64,000 nt of DNA from Diadema antillarum (taxonomy: Eukaryota): positions 186,001 to 250,000 of the forward strand of contig NW_027271077.1 of assembly GCF_040938485.1 (NCBI RefSeq), in the 5' to 3' direction. Each line of letters opens with the position of its first letter. Positions within the stretch are counted from its first letter, which is position 1. Shown here one piece after another: positions 12,546-27,100 of the stretch. Below the pieces are notes generated by a model. That model was not told the origin of the DNA and searched no databases. It saw nothing but the letters and a program-made list of their open reading frames with translations. Position numbers and translations under genes: made by a program.

Positions 12546-15500
12546 GTAAGTAAATTTGTGTATATTTTGTATACATTTTCTTCTCTCTCTCTTTTTTTTT
12601 TTTCGCTATGTAGACACCAAAGGAACATAGTTTCCATGTGGAGGTCTCTCGCCTAAGTTGATAATTGTTTTGTTCACGTTACAAAAATCCAAATCCAATT
12701 CTGTAAATTACGAGAAAGATTCAAGGTGCTTGTCATTTCCTATATATTAGAGTAAACCGTCGGGTTTTACTTGCATATTCTTGAGTTTGGCGCAAATCAA
12801 GTTAAAAGTCTTACGCGCATTCTGCGGCTTTTCCACTAAAATTTCATGTGTCGGCTGAGTCATCATCGAAACAAGTCAATTAAATCTAAATTGAATGCTT
12901 ATGTAGAGGAACTCACCCATTTCAAACAAACAATCAAACCAGCAAGAAATCAACATATATAATCTGAGAGGTTACTGTGACGTTGTCTATATTTATTGAT
13001 TTCAGGTGGGACTCAAACACGATTTGCAGTGCTGTTGTTTTTACTTCATTGAATGTTAAGTTCAAAATTGATTTCGAAAGTGACATTTCATCTCGGGGTC
13101 CAAAAGAAGCATTTCTTTCGATCGGTGAACATGTTAACACGCATGCATCTTAGTTTACAAAGTATGTGATAGCCATCTTTAAATCTAATGTATGAACAAG
13201 TGTCATGACGCCCTGTAGCACATCTTTCTTCTACCGCAAACAAGATGTGTCAACTTCATAGTAGAGGTGACTTCGGTTTTTTTGACAAAGGCAGCAACAT
13301 TTTGTGCGCTTTGTTGTTCTCTCTGTAGTCGAGACACAGGTTCGAAAAAAAAGCACCCCAAAAAAACCAAAAAGAAAACCCCCCCAAAAAAAAAAACCAC
13401 GAAAAATAAAACAAAAACAAAAACAAAAACCCAACAAAAAACAAAGACTATACACAACAGCCCCAAACCAACCCTGTTGAAAGCTAGCCTTCTTGAAAGT
13501 GCCCAAACTTAGCTACACGCAGATCAAAGAAAGAAGTCACAAGTATTGTTTCAGCCTATGTGTTTGTATTACTCACTGTAAGTGTGAATTCTCGGAAAGG
13601 CTGCTAAATTAAATAGTGGATTCATCGGTCCGTCACTGGACGCCTAAGGCGCTTGGGTGATGGTGTGTGTGCGTACGTGCGTGCGTGCGTGCAATGACAT
13701 CAGTAAACTGATCAACTTCAGTAGTGTTTAATATCGTAAAGTTGCTTTGGGTCGTTGCCACTTCCCTCTCCTCGCCCTTATATGTCACAGAGGAAAGTTT
13801 TGCATTACGAGGAATTCTCGTCTACGTGACGGCTCCACGACCCCGAATGTTGCTAGAAGGTGAATCGGCTGCGTATTGTTAGCATTTTGAGGAAAGGACG
13901 GACCCCTAGACAGCAAATGAATACTTCTTGTCCGGAAAAAAAGAGTGATACTTCCATCGTCCTAAAAAGAACCAATAACGGTCGAAAATTTGCGTCCATT
14001 TGGACGATTAAACAGTTGCGTATACTTCCGCGAAAATCGATTTCGGGTGAACAAGGGGCTTTGTGCGTAGCATAGATTTGGTGCGTTGATATCCATCAAT
14101 AGCTCTTCCGTTATGGGAACGTATAAGGGAGGCTGGAAGTCGGACACACCCGGGGCTTGCCATCCATGATCGCTTCAACTTTCTAGGGAAATGTAATAGG
14201 CTTACAAGAAAGTAGCATTCATTCAGAAGAGAGAGAGAGAAAGTAGGAGCCGTTTCGACGTGTGAAAGCGTTACTGGTAAAGGTACTGATCTCCAAAGTC
14301 TGGAAGAAGGAAAGCGTCTCTTTAATCCACATATTAAATATTTGGTGAGACTGGCAGTTATATTAGGTATATTTTCTAAAGTCAGTTGAGCTCGTCTCGT
14401 ATAGTAATTCTCAAAGATTTAATGCTCAATATCCGGTATACTCGTAGCCAACGGGCGAAGAGACGCAAAGTCTCACAGGATGATTCGATGCCTTGCTAAT
14501 AATTGATGTTTGTGCGGATTAAACCAGCTTCGTGTTCCGTGCTATTTTTATCCTGATATTTGGGCCAGAAGTGTGTCCCAAAAGAGCGGGAAATTTTCCT
14601 TCTCTTGATATCGCCTTTGTTTATCGTGTGGTATTCTGGAAAACTTACGCGTTATTTTCATGCCTCGGAAGATGTGTTTTGTATCATTCCACATATGTGT
14701 ATTGTATTTCTCCCAATTTGTTTTGAACTTTCGTGGGGAAGACGTTTTACTATCTATTCCAAATTAGATTCGGTAACCCGCATAGACTCCATTTACAGTA
14801 TCCTCTACCCTACTCTTACCGCTTAGTGCAAAAAAAAAAAAGAAAGAAAGAAGGAGAGAAAGAAAAAAACGAAGGTTGTCTTTACAAGTCATAATACTGA
14901 ACATGCTCTGGTCCATCAGATATGAATAATTACCACCATACTATAACTTTATTTTGATAATCGCAGCTCCACCATTCCACATGATAAATAAGGAAGGATC
15001 TTACCATTCCCATATATAATTTTTATCAACGGTTATGCCATTATAACCGTATTAACCCATTTCTCTCGAAAACTGGGTGCACTATGTGTCGCTTTAAAGG
15101 GAGTTAGCCATTATACCCCGAACGGTAACGGGTTAAGTGACTGGATGATAAAAGGATAGATAACGTGGGAGAAAAGTTCATTAGCATCGCTCTCCTCTCT
15201 GGAGCTCAAAGTCCGTATTTTGCCGGAATCATACCATGATGTCATATTGAACCCCTCGAGTATCTTGACCTCCTCCCCGTGAAGACGATGGGACACTCAA
15301 TCATCTTTATACGCATGGCTGGATGGCTAACATTTCAGGCGATACGAAGACACGGTCGTAGAGATGATACAATGCATAAACTCCACAAAAGGTTAATTCC
15401 ATTAACCCGCCGTGAAACACTCTCCTTGCCGTCTTTTGGCGTAACCCTTGAGTTACGGCAGACATATGAGAGAAAAAAAAAAATGGGGACAGTATTTCTT

Positions 15501-18500
15501 CAAGACACGTTGTCGCGAAAACCGGCAGCGCGGTGAGCTCGGCAGCTTTTAGTTTCCCCTTAAATGCACACCTCGTATAATCGCTGATTCTCACTGACAG
15601 ATAATACCGTTAATGATATTCGCCCGCAGTTATCAATTCACTCTCGTCAGTGACGTCGTCTGCCAGGGGCAAGACACCTCGAAGCGCGTAGTTCCTGTGA
15701 AGTGGAAATAAAGAATTGCCCACTCTCACTTTCAGAAAATACAAAATGTTCGCCACTACAAAACGGACTCAAAGGCTGCATTCGGTGTACATAGATGGAG
15801 CGCGCGTATAAAGATATTTAAAGTGCGCCTCGCTTGAGAGGATACTTGGATAGTTTGCTTTTTTTATTTCAATTGAAACAAAGGGTTATATCTTTTTGTT
15901 TTTTAAAGAGCCGGAGCAGTGATTATGTATCATAACGTTTAAAAGGGATCTACGACAATGAATATATCGTCTGGGAGAGGACAATGATGCATAAAATGTC
16001 GAGTCAGAGGTTTAATATAACATTATATGCCCATCGCTTCGGTCAATATAAGCATTCATAAATGTGGTCTCTTGTTGCTCTTTACAAAGTTTCACCCTGA
16101 AAATCCCAAGTATATTTTGCTTTCGACCAATGAGAATGCAACTCGCGGGTGCAAAATGTTTGACCTCAATCTGGTGTGTATGTATCCAACCATATACTAA
16201 GGAGCCGAATTATGATCTAAATGATACCGATTTCTGGTCTGTTATCTTAAATCTTTACGCAAAAACAAAATGATGTTTTTTATGTTTACGGGGGAGGGGG
16301 TGGGGACTCTTTATTTTCACAAAGAAGATGAGTTTGTTATGTTCTTTACAATGTTTATAATGATTCCAAGGATGGTTTCTCTCTGTAGGTGAAAAGAAAA
16401 CAAACTTTAAATGTTTCTCCCCTCTTGCTTCCTGTTTCTTCAGAACATTTCCTCTTTTGAAATTACTGCATACTGCACCCCCGCGGTTACAACATTACAT
16501 TTGCGTGTGGTTCTGTGAGATAATAGCCCCTGTAAGCCCAGTATAAGGGCAGAACAAAACCGCACACCATGCAATCTTCATCAGCAAGGGCAAAATGGTG
16601 TTTATGGCAGCAAGATACCACCTAAAATGTGTGTCTGTGCTCAAGAATTATCTTCTCTCCTGCTTGTTTCGGCAAGATACTGGATTATCTTCCCCGCAGA
16701 GCAGTAGCGTCCTCCGCACGACTCCTCTAATAGCTCGCCGTGAGCCTACGATGAGATGACCTTAATCTACATACTTATACAAGAAGTAAATCGATGGAAA
16801 GATGTCTGACGTCTTAATGTTAGGCATGGTCCGGATTTTCCATCGGATGTTTTTCTTTTTCGAAGGGATTTTCCCTATAGTGTATAAAGAACAACAAGGA
16901 GTAACTTCTCTTGTTGCACCGCCTTTCCTTCAATGTACATGGGAAACCCCGAGAGTTGATTCATTTTTGTCGCGGCGTTATATGCTAGGGTATAGCAGCA
17001 CTTTGAGAGGTTTTCTTTTATATCCTGGTTTCTTTCAATGCCACTTTGTTTTTTTTTCTCACCCACTGCGTTTATGCAAGCAACTCATGCTGTTTCCGTA
17101 GCATGTGACCGAGGAAATAAGAGTGATTACAGTAGATATGTCCCAGTGTGTGAAAACAATGAACCAAACAACAGACGACTGTCATTACCGTACTTTCGTC
17201 ACTAGCCTTTTTTTTTAATCCCACATTATGTCAGTAATTTTCAGGAGACACTATGCAGGATCGCAGTTTTCGAAAACTAAAATCATTTCTAGCATGACTG
17301 TATCAAAGTACGTGATACAAAGGTTGTTGATACTTAATTTCAGGTTTAAAAGTAAAACAATAAAACAACACGTGCGTTATTGAACTTATTCTAACTTTCT
17401 AATGTTATTTGGGCAGTAGATTTTCTTACTGGCTGTGACTTTATACGTAAAAATAGGCATGTTTCTGTTTTTGTGTCTTGGTGTACCAATCACAGAACAC
17501 GCTGACACACCATTCGAAGAAGACTCATATACTCTAGATATAGTCACCTTTGACCGTATAACCTATATTGTGTGACGAGAGCACTGAAAATGCTTTTCTA
17601 TGATAGTACCTCTATTTGTGTTTCCATCATAAACAGGGAAAAAGGGCGCCACTATCTCTTCAATTTTCTGAGCGCAAAATGAGAACGATAGCAGAGCGGA
17701 GAGAGTGCAATTAATCAGAGTTGATAGGCAAGACATGATGGGAGTGAGCGAACGTACTGTATGTGGACGAAAAAGCGGGAATCTCTTGTCGTCTGCTCCT
17801 ATTGAGAACAGGTGGCGCGCGGAATAGCGTAGGAGACTGATTTACGGGTGGGCCGCGATGTGAGGCTCGAAACACTCCCCCTTTTCCCTCTTCCTACGTG
17901 CCAGAGATGTTTTAATCAACTCGAGGGTAATTGCAGACAATGTTTATTCAAGTCGGCAATAATGTACAACTCCCTGGCATTTACTGTCGCCATAACTCAC
18001 GGCAAGACGAGGGGCTCTCTGAAGTCAAATTAATGTTGTCTTTAATACTCAGCTTGTTGTGTTGCTGTACAACGCGTTTTGTTGCTGCATGAGAATGTCC
18101 TAAACCACTTGCCAAAAAAAAATTTCTGTAGAAATTCCCATTTATGTTTCATTCTCATAAAAGTTGTCGCGTTTTCATAATACAAACACCACTTCACAAT
18201 TTCAAGGCGCATCGTAATACAGTAGTAACAAGATCGTATATTCGTCGAGTCAATACTTTCTTACAGTTCATGTCAAACTTAGTGCAGAGGAGTGAAAAGC
18301 TCTACTTGTTTTGTTCTACATTCACTGACATCGATGGCAATTTTCAGTAATGGACACGAATCACTCGTGGAAGAGGGAACAAGCAAGACGGAAGAATCTT
18401 CCTGAAAGTTGATACAGAGTCGCGCGAATTCATCACACCCCGACTTGTTTTTCTGCCTTTTTTCGTTCGCTGGTGGTGAAAAAGCACCAGGGGGACATCG

Positions 18501-20686
18501 TCAGCGTAAGCATATAGGTCAAACGCTGATGAAAACCGCGATATCTGAAGAAATCCCGTGAAAATTACTATTTGCTAAGGGTATCTTCTTTTTCAGATTT
18601 GCATGGGAGAACTCGAAAACGCCACGTAATCCGAGCAACATGATGTGCGGTAAAGGGAGCAAGGGATTAAAGAGCGCAGTCGTTTTACCCATTGATATAC
18701 TACAGCAACATGACCTGCTTCGCCGTCCGAGAGGGTTTGTTTCACGAGGCACCATTATTCGGTGAGAAATTCGCGCGCTATGGTGTCGCCTGATTGTGAC
18801 TTCTCCGAATGATAGAAAGTGTGACAGTGTCAACACCGAGTCCCGACTATTGACAGCAAACAAAAACACGAACAAAAAGAGCAGCTGACACTTAATCTGA
18901 TACTTCAGCACTGACGGCTTAGCGTTACGATTTCTTCTCTCGCCTCCATTCACGGAGCCTTTTTCATCCCCTTTCAGTCTGTGCATGCGCAGTCATTTCT
19001 TTTTCTTCAACGCATAAATTCAATGACGCCAAACCAACTTGTGTCAACCGTTAGCAGTTAAACTATTGTGAATCTGTCTCAAATCGTTTTTTTTTGGGGG
19101 GGGGGGACTTTGGGCAAAATGAGGGAAATATGAGCGTGAAGTGATTGAGTGGGAGAAATTTAGGGAAAGTGCAGAGAGCTTTAACCATTACTGTGAGGTA
19201 TGTGCATGCTTTTTCAACAGACGGAAAACATGATATCGGTTTGTTTGTCGAGCTGAAGAATTACATGGAACATCCACGAGTTTTCTTCAATACATTGTCG
19301 TGATATAGGTCAGGCGTATTTGCGTTCAGTTACCGTTAGCAAAATTTGATTATTGGAAAATCTATTCTTGCTGGAAACGCGTAACTCTGCGTTAATTGTA
19401 CCCAATGAATTATTGATGCGTCTTGCGCGATCACACTTTCACTCATATAGTTTGGCGTCTACGTGAGGTGCCCGGTGTAAAGGCTTAAAATATTACGTTC
19501 ACACCCACATTATAATTTGATATAGTGCACGTCCGCGTGTGTGCTTGCGTGCATGCATGTTCAATGTTTTCTAACAGTAATGCAGTAAATTGCCATGTAC
19601 AAACATTATACAAACACACTTTCAAATTAACCTTTTCCATAAAAAACAACAACAAAATATTCATATAGGGGGTTAGGGGATGCAGGTATTACAATATGAA
19701 AAAAAGAATCATCATGATTACACAATCGCATCTGTGGATGGATGTGCGACGAAATAATCGAATTTCGATTGATTTTTCAGCACAAAATATTGCCGTATTA
19801 TTCGCATTTCGCATCTTATCGCGACTAGAAAAAATAAAGAAGCAACAACAGCGGGGGTGGGGTGGATGGAACAAGCATTGGGGATTAACCCTACATAATT
19901 TGTCATAGTGCCGCAAAAAGAAAGTAAAGTCTTCTATAAGATAAGTCTGGCAGAAGATCTTGCAAGCCTATTGGCTTTGCCGAGGAGTATTCTGATAGTA
20001 AGTCGCCAAGAACGACGGAATTTGTTTCCGTGTTGCTGTTGCTTTATTACCAGCTATCTTGCGTTGATATTTTACGCAGGCTCCCTCCTTTCCAAATGCC
20101 CATGCTCTGGCTTATCGTCTCGCGCTCGAGGGTTACATAAGACTTGAGGCGTGTAGAGGTGGATCAAAACATGACGCAGATAGAAGTTGTCCTTTTTAAA
20201 AACATGTACTGTATACGAGCACTGGTCTCTCTAACTTGCATTCGGACACTGTACTTAAGTATATATAATGGCCTGATGACGGATAAATGTGGTCAAACTT
20301 TTTTTCTATTTCATATTCTCTTTGACTTATTCTTCTTCGCATACCCAGACAGTATGCTGTGAATAAAGTACAACAGTCGCCCGGCTAATAAGGCCCACTG
20401 TCCCCCCCCCCCCTTCCTCCCTTCCTCTAGTTGATGAAATAGTGGTCTTTTAGTCAACAAAAGTTACACACCGTAACAAAACATAAATTTAATGGTAATC
20501 CTAGGATAGAGGGTAATCATTGTCATCATTCATACCGTAATCATTCTTGTGAGTTATATTCTCATAAACGTCATAAACAATCATGAGTAACAACAGGTAT
20601 AGGAGGTAAAATGAGAAGCTGAGACTGAGTGTATTATGGACATTCATGCATTTAAAAGAAAAAGAACTAATTATGACGACTGTATA

Positions 20687-21172
20687 GCCCTGATTTATCA
20701 GACCTTACCCCGACAACGTCAGGACAACGTCCGGCGAACAAAATTCCTTACCTCGGGCAATATAATCGCAGGAAAGAGCGAAGGGTACCGTTATAACAGA
20801 CACACATCGAAAACGTTCTCCGGGTAGGTTTCCATAACAACCTACCCGTTCATGCGCGAAGTGGGTGTGGCTACAATCTATGCAAGTAATCGGCGAGCGG
20901 TGTGTCATCCTGTTTGGACAATTGCTCATGAGTGTTGAGTGTATCAAAGGAATGTAACCGCGAGAGAGTTTTAACAGAAGGGCTGTCGGGGGTAATGTCG
21001 AAGTAATGTCGTGGTAACTACTCTCGCTGGCTAGGGTAGAATTTGGCCAAAGCTCCCGCGACAATGTCCAAGCAACATATTGCGGGGACCTTTTCACAGG
21101 CAGGGTAGAAAAAAAAATGTCCGGACGTTGTCGCGGTAACTTTGGTTTTAAAGACTCTGTTAAAACGGGGCT
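20687..21172. mobile_element. Degenerate TIR element (possibly Harbinger-like MITE)
   Basis: TTACCCCGACAACGTCAGGACA near the left end is the reverse complement (2 mismatches) of TGTCCGGACGTTGTCGCGGTAA near the right end. The outer termini AGCCCTGATTT / AAAACGGGGCT are weakly inverted. An internal 10-bp hairpin lies at 20821-20848. No clean TSD. Confidence 0.6.
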
Positions 21173-24100
21173 TGATTCATATATTTCGTGAGTACATTAA
21201 ACAAAAGAAACAAAAACACAACAACAAAGGAAACAGTTATTGCGACCTGGCTTATTGTTCAAGCCAGTAGAGCGTCGTAAATAGGAGAGGTTGAGAGGTG
21301 TAAAGATGCGCCGTCAGGCGATTACCTTGCGCCATTCTGAAGTGTGGTCGGTGTGAGCGTGCGAGGCATTCCACGTGCTGGACGTTCAACCATTCTGATT
21401 ATGCCCTCCGTTTTCTTAAAAGATGCATACCCATGGCTATCTCTTTGAGTGTGCTGTATGAATCTTTCGCTTTCATGCATGTGTGACTGCTTACTGACAA
21501 GGTTATAATGTGCTTCACGACCGCGGAACACCATCCTTCCCAAATGTATATAGGACCGACCTTGGATATATAGCATGAATAATTTGTCGTTGTTGTCTCC
21601 GTTTTTACATAAGCGTGTCGAGTTTCAATGTCGAGAATTCTCCTTAGTCAGTGATTTGCAAGGATCACATTCCTGATTATGTACTTGGTAAAGAATTCAT
21701 GATTGACAGCACAATCACTTCCGGAATGTAACCGTTACCTTCCGGTGACATATCTTGTCCCTTGCCTCCTTCATCATCTCCTTTCCTTCCTCTCATTTCG
21801 ACCTATTTGTCTCTCGAGACTGCTCATCTTCACCCTATAGTCAATGTCACAAACCTCCGACTGTAGTCTCGTGTTTCAAACAATTTGTTGGCAATATGAT
21901 ATTGTAGCATAGCATGGGTGGGAGACCCATTCATCACGAGAAACCCGATTATGTTGAAATCCACACTGCTTTCGGTATGACAAAATTCAGGAGAAAGAAA
22001 ACAACAGCAAAAAAAAAATCATTCGTCAGACAAAACCACGGTGGTCCAAGAATTATAGGCTTGCCACACCGTTTGTGACGTCACGTCTTCTTTTCGCTGA
22101 TGTCTGAAATTCTCCCATGTGCCCATAACCATATAAAATTAGACCTCATCTACATTAGTTAGCAGGAAGAAGCCACAACGCACTGTAATCGTGAGACACG
22201 ATTTGTATAGTCTACATTACCTACGCTGCCAGTGACTCTCCAATTTTGTATGTTTACGTCACACCGGGATATATTTTTAGAGGTGGCCATTGTTGTTGTT
22301 GTTGTTTAGTGCTAAGGTGAGAAATAACCTTGTTCCTAAAATATCACGCCCGGGAATTACCGGTAATACTCCAATCTTATCAGGCAGGGACCCGGCGTAA
22401 AGAGTGCGCCAAAGGTAAGAGGACATAGAACGGATCATCCTGTCGCCCTGGCCCGGCCAAGTAAACATGAATAACAGAAAAAAAAAATGTTTTTCTCAGT
22501 TGCTAATCGCGAAAACCGCGTTCCATGTACTCTCTTAGGGATTAGAGGGTTAAAGTCGGCGAGAAAAGCAGTTGGGAAACAACCTCCATTATAGTCAAGG
22601 GACAGAACGAAGTCATGACAATTAGTAATTTTGTAGCGGTCGTAGCGCATTGTTGGCATAAGGAAGTAGCGCACCATAGAACCCTTACAGCAACCAGTGC
22701 AGCTGGCAAAAATAAATAGATAGCCCAATAAATCCGTATGAAAACGAAGGAACTAGTCGCTGTAACACTCTTTATAAATCGTACAGAACTAGAATTGAGC
22801 ATGCAAACTGAAAGCAGATATCACATTTTTTTCCTTTCGCTTTAGTCTCCAGAAGCATTCCAGCAAGTTGAGAGCTGACGTCTGAAAAACTGTATTAAAT
22901 TTCACATGTAGAGCAAAACTTCGAAATCAAATGCATAACCTCTGTTGATATAGTCATAATTTCTATAGGTCACAGAAGTACATTGACCGAGTCCTCAAGT
23001 CAATCCAGCGGTATGATATTTTTTTTTGCATAAAAAAAACTTAGTAAAAAAAAAATAACGAATGAAAACACTAATATGTAGAACTATTAATGACATGGTA
23101 TAGATATAAGTATCATCACACTTCCCTTCCAACACATCCAGAAAATCCTCATCATTTTTGCCCACTGCTTCTCAATCTGTACGCGCTTTTTTCTTCTTCT
23201 TCATGATTGATCGACTGCAGTTACGGAGCTTGAATTAACAATATACCCACGGTGCCAGCGTGTCATTAGCAGGCGATTCCGTAACCTACATTTTAGTATC
23301 ATTAGGGAAATCCGTTAAAACGCCAGAGACAGACTTGGCATAATTCATCAACTTCCATACAGGTGAGGTCGAGGAAACACCGGCCAGGTATGCTTCAATC
23401 GCGCCCTCATCGCTGAAGAAGAGACAAGTCCATGCCTCATCGCTTACATTCCACTTAACCCCCCTCACATCCGCCACCATAGAGATCCATTGACATTTTG
23501 TACTAATGGCTTGCCAATGGCAATGTCGGAGTTAAGTCTTAAATGTTTCCAGTTGGTTGAGTGCACTCTTGCTGTACCTGCCTTTTATTTCTCTTCAAGG
23601 AGAAGAAACCACTTGTGTCATTTTGTTTTCGCCCACTCGTAAATCCGTTCAGTGTTCCTCCCTTCACGATGAAGACAGGAACTTCTTGACATTCGATTTG
23701 AAATCAATTACATATCACGTTTCTTGTACTGTTTCTTACGCTTCTGCCTATTTCATACTTGATGATAGCGTGTTGATTCTGACAGAGGGCGCATTGGTTA
23801 GATTTCATTCTTGCCTTTCACACCAACTGGTCATTCTATGATCTGTACTAACTTCTTGTTCTGTTTCTTACGCTTCAGCTTATTTTGATAATTTCATTCA
23901 TTTTCACAAACATCCATTTTGCATGCACTCGATGCCTGTGCCATCATGAGTTAAAAGTCCTGATAGGATTTATCACTCTTGAAGGAATTTTTTACAACTA
24001 CTAATTCACCTTTCTAATCACCTCGTAGTGCGTATTGAAAAACAAAACAAAACAAAACAAAACTAATCTTAGCATTTTCATTCAACTTCGTATAGTTGAA

Positions 24101-27100
24101 TTTGGACATAGTTTCTTAGGATATTTCATGCTCGTAGGACATGCTCCGCAATATTCATGGCACTGAGAGATACAAAGGGACAAAGACGGCAAGGATAAAT
24201 TGATACAGCATAGGAAGTTGAAGCAAAAAGGCGAAAAAAACAAGAAAAAAGGGATGAATGTAACAAAAACAGGCATATCACCAGCCCTCTTTCATTATCC
24301 ATTTTAGTCGATGACTTTAGAACTGCGATATTTTCCACCTGCATCAACCGATGTTGCCTCGGAAAAAAAAACCCCAGAAATGCTCTAAATTGGAGACCTT
24401 AAGTCCTTTATATGGCATCGCCCCCAATAACAGCGAAGAGATGTCGACTGCTCGATGGAGCGGGATGGATGAAAAGAACGTTGAACTCTGACAACGCCAG
24501 GATACGGATTATTGATTCCACATGTCACACAATATCCATGTCATAGCTTTTGGCTATGATATAAGCCACATAGGAGCCCCGAGGTGAAATCGGCGATTAC
24601 CACGCCACGTGTCCAATTTTGCAAGCATCTGTCTCAGATTCGTCAATAAAACCGTCTCCCCCCCCCCCCCCCAAAAAAAAAAAAAAGAAAAAGAAAAAAA
24701 AAAGAAGGTAGGCATCTAAAATATATACCAAAAAAAATGTATTTGTAACGAGTATGTATTAAGAGATAATTTGTCCTCAAATGAATTACATAGAAGACGT
24801 AAATTACCTTTGCTGTAATATGACACAGCAGTGCAAATCAACGTTAGATGGGAACATGTCAGAATCTCGCAGAGATCCAAATTGACAGAGATTACCCAAG
24901 CGACTATTGATATGACTAAAAAGAATGAGCTTTCGCATATTTTCTTTTTTATCTCATTATTCAATTTATATATGAATTTCATTCTGAATGTAATTTCAGG
25001 TGACTCTATTTTCCAAAGCATCATAAAACCTAACTTGTGCCTCGACAAGGATATTTGAAATTAAGATACATATCATTCTGTTTCTTTTACTGCTTTTGGG
25101 AAAGCAGATCACTGTTAACCTACTCTTGGAGAAAGGCTGTGTTTGGCTCCGTTCGTCAGGGGTTAGTGTTCTATATAATAAAACACTGATTACTGTAATA
25201 TCCAGTTAAAAGTGTGTGGATTATAAGGAGCGTGAAGCAAGAGCACTATGGAAGAAAGTAAAGCAAAATGATACGTCAGACATCGTAATTCAGAGCAGTA
25301 GAGCAACATAAAGGGCATTAACCTCTTTGTTGAGTTACCCTCAATACTGATCACATCAAATGTCAAAACCAAAACAAAACAAGACACATTACTCCAAAAT
25401 CCAGATCAGTTAATACCATAGGTATTTTTTTTAATAGTTATATTTCAACCGTCAACACAAATAAATCCAAAACAAAATAAAAGTCAAGTCTAAGGGTGAC
25501 TCGTGCGTTCACACACCATGTTTTATAATATGCAACATTTTATATGCATAGAAAACTTGCCTACCCTGGAACAGTCTTGTAATAGTGTAAATCGTGCCGA
25601 AAAAGGGAACTTTACGTATTTATTTAATGTGATTACTAGGCAAAATTCTGGAAAATTTTCTCGAAGCAGGACAGAGGATGTGAAAACTTTCATCAATTCA
25701 GTTGACATAACCAGTTTGATACTTAAGCAGAGTCTGCTAAAGAAAGAAAAAAAATGCAACGTGTTAAGTAGAGGACTGTTACCAATGTATAATGCTTACT
25801 TTGTTTTGGTTGTTTCATTCTTGTAATCATTACGCAAAGTCCTTGTCATGGGCTCGACGGAGCATCAAATGTGAGTCGTTAATCTTTTTCAAATGACGTC
25901 TACAGGATAATTCCGGTCACTTTTTGGGGGCGCCAGCGTCAGCTTTCAAAATATTTGAATACTCCTTCCGAGTCCACCTACCAATCCAATCACGCCTTGG
26001 TGCCTTCGCGCCATTTTTTTAAAGACTTGTTTGCCGACGCTTCACCCACCGTCTGTCAGCGAGATGTTCGGTTTTGACCATGTTTGTCTTGTGTCCGAGA
26101 TATTGCAGGGATGACACGTCGTCTTCTTACGATAAAAAAAGATTCACGGTTTGTTTTCTCTGGAATACTCGTATACGAGTCTTGTATGGTTGTCGTGCTT
26201 AGTTCATCTGACTAGGTTGGAGGGATAATGAAAGCGACAAGATGCTATTAATTCATTTTATCAAACCTTAAAATTCATATTATTTTGTATACCCTAAGCA
26301 CGGGTTCCAACAGGTTCCCGTAAGCAGTGAGTTCATTTGAAGGGCTTATATGTTGTGCACGTGTCTTTTATCAGTCAGCTTGTGTGTGTGTTGAAGTGCT
26401 TTTTTTTCTTTGTATTGTATATTTGTGTTTTGTGCGCATGGTAACTGTTCAAACAACGTCTGCAATATAGTTATGAATACCTTATGGCTTTGTCGTTTAT
26501 GTGAAATAGCGATACCTGCATAATACTGTCAAGACGAATGAGGTTAGCTAGTGTCCACGAAGTGTCCGATGCATTGTGTTGATCAGCATTATGTCCTGAT
26601 TCTGAGAACTGCGTGCATTCTGGCAATTTTCATCGTCAGTATCAAAAATGCCAAATGGCTTGTGGCTGTCTGTCAAGCTTTACGTCAGGTGAGGCGTTTC
26701 ATAATTGTCACTAATTCCTTCCGGTTTGACGCCCCCATTCATCTTTAGTACCCTCTCATTCCCCCCCCCCCTCCTTCTCCCCCCCCCCCCCCTCCAATTT
26801 CAGCCTTCCTTTTCAGTTATTAATAGTCCCACGCGTGCGCAGTCATGACTATTCATTGTTCAGTTCTTGCACGTAAATGTGCGTTGAGGTGAATCCAGTC
26901 AAATCATAACGCCGCGCGCCAGCGAGTAGCCCAGACAAGCAGACGACGATCCACACACCGGCGCGGTGTGTTTGATCGACACTAAGCCGGACAGTCGCTT
27001 CACGGGCGGGCGTATACGGTCATCGCATTCACTTCTCAGATATTCATGTCTCCGGGTCGACTGGGGGGTGGCGGATTATTACGATCAACCATTCTGAAGG

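Noticed and set aside
18781-18795. 15-bp exact match with 57496-57510; likewise a 15-bp inverted match between ~145 and ~8707
   Set aside because: One or two 15-mer matches are expected by chance in 64 kb.
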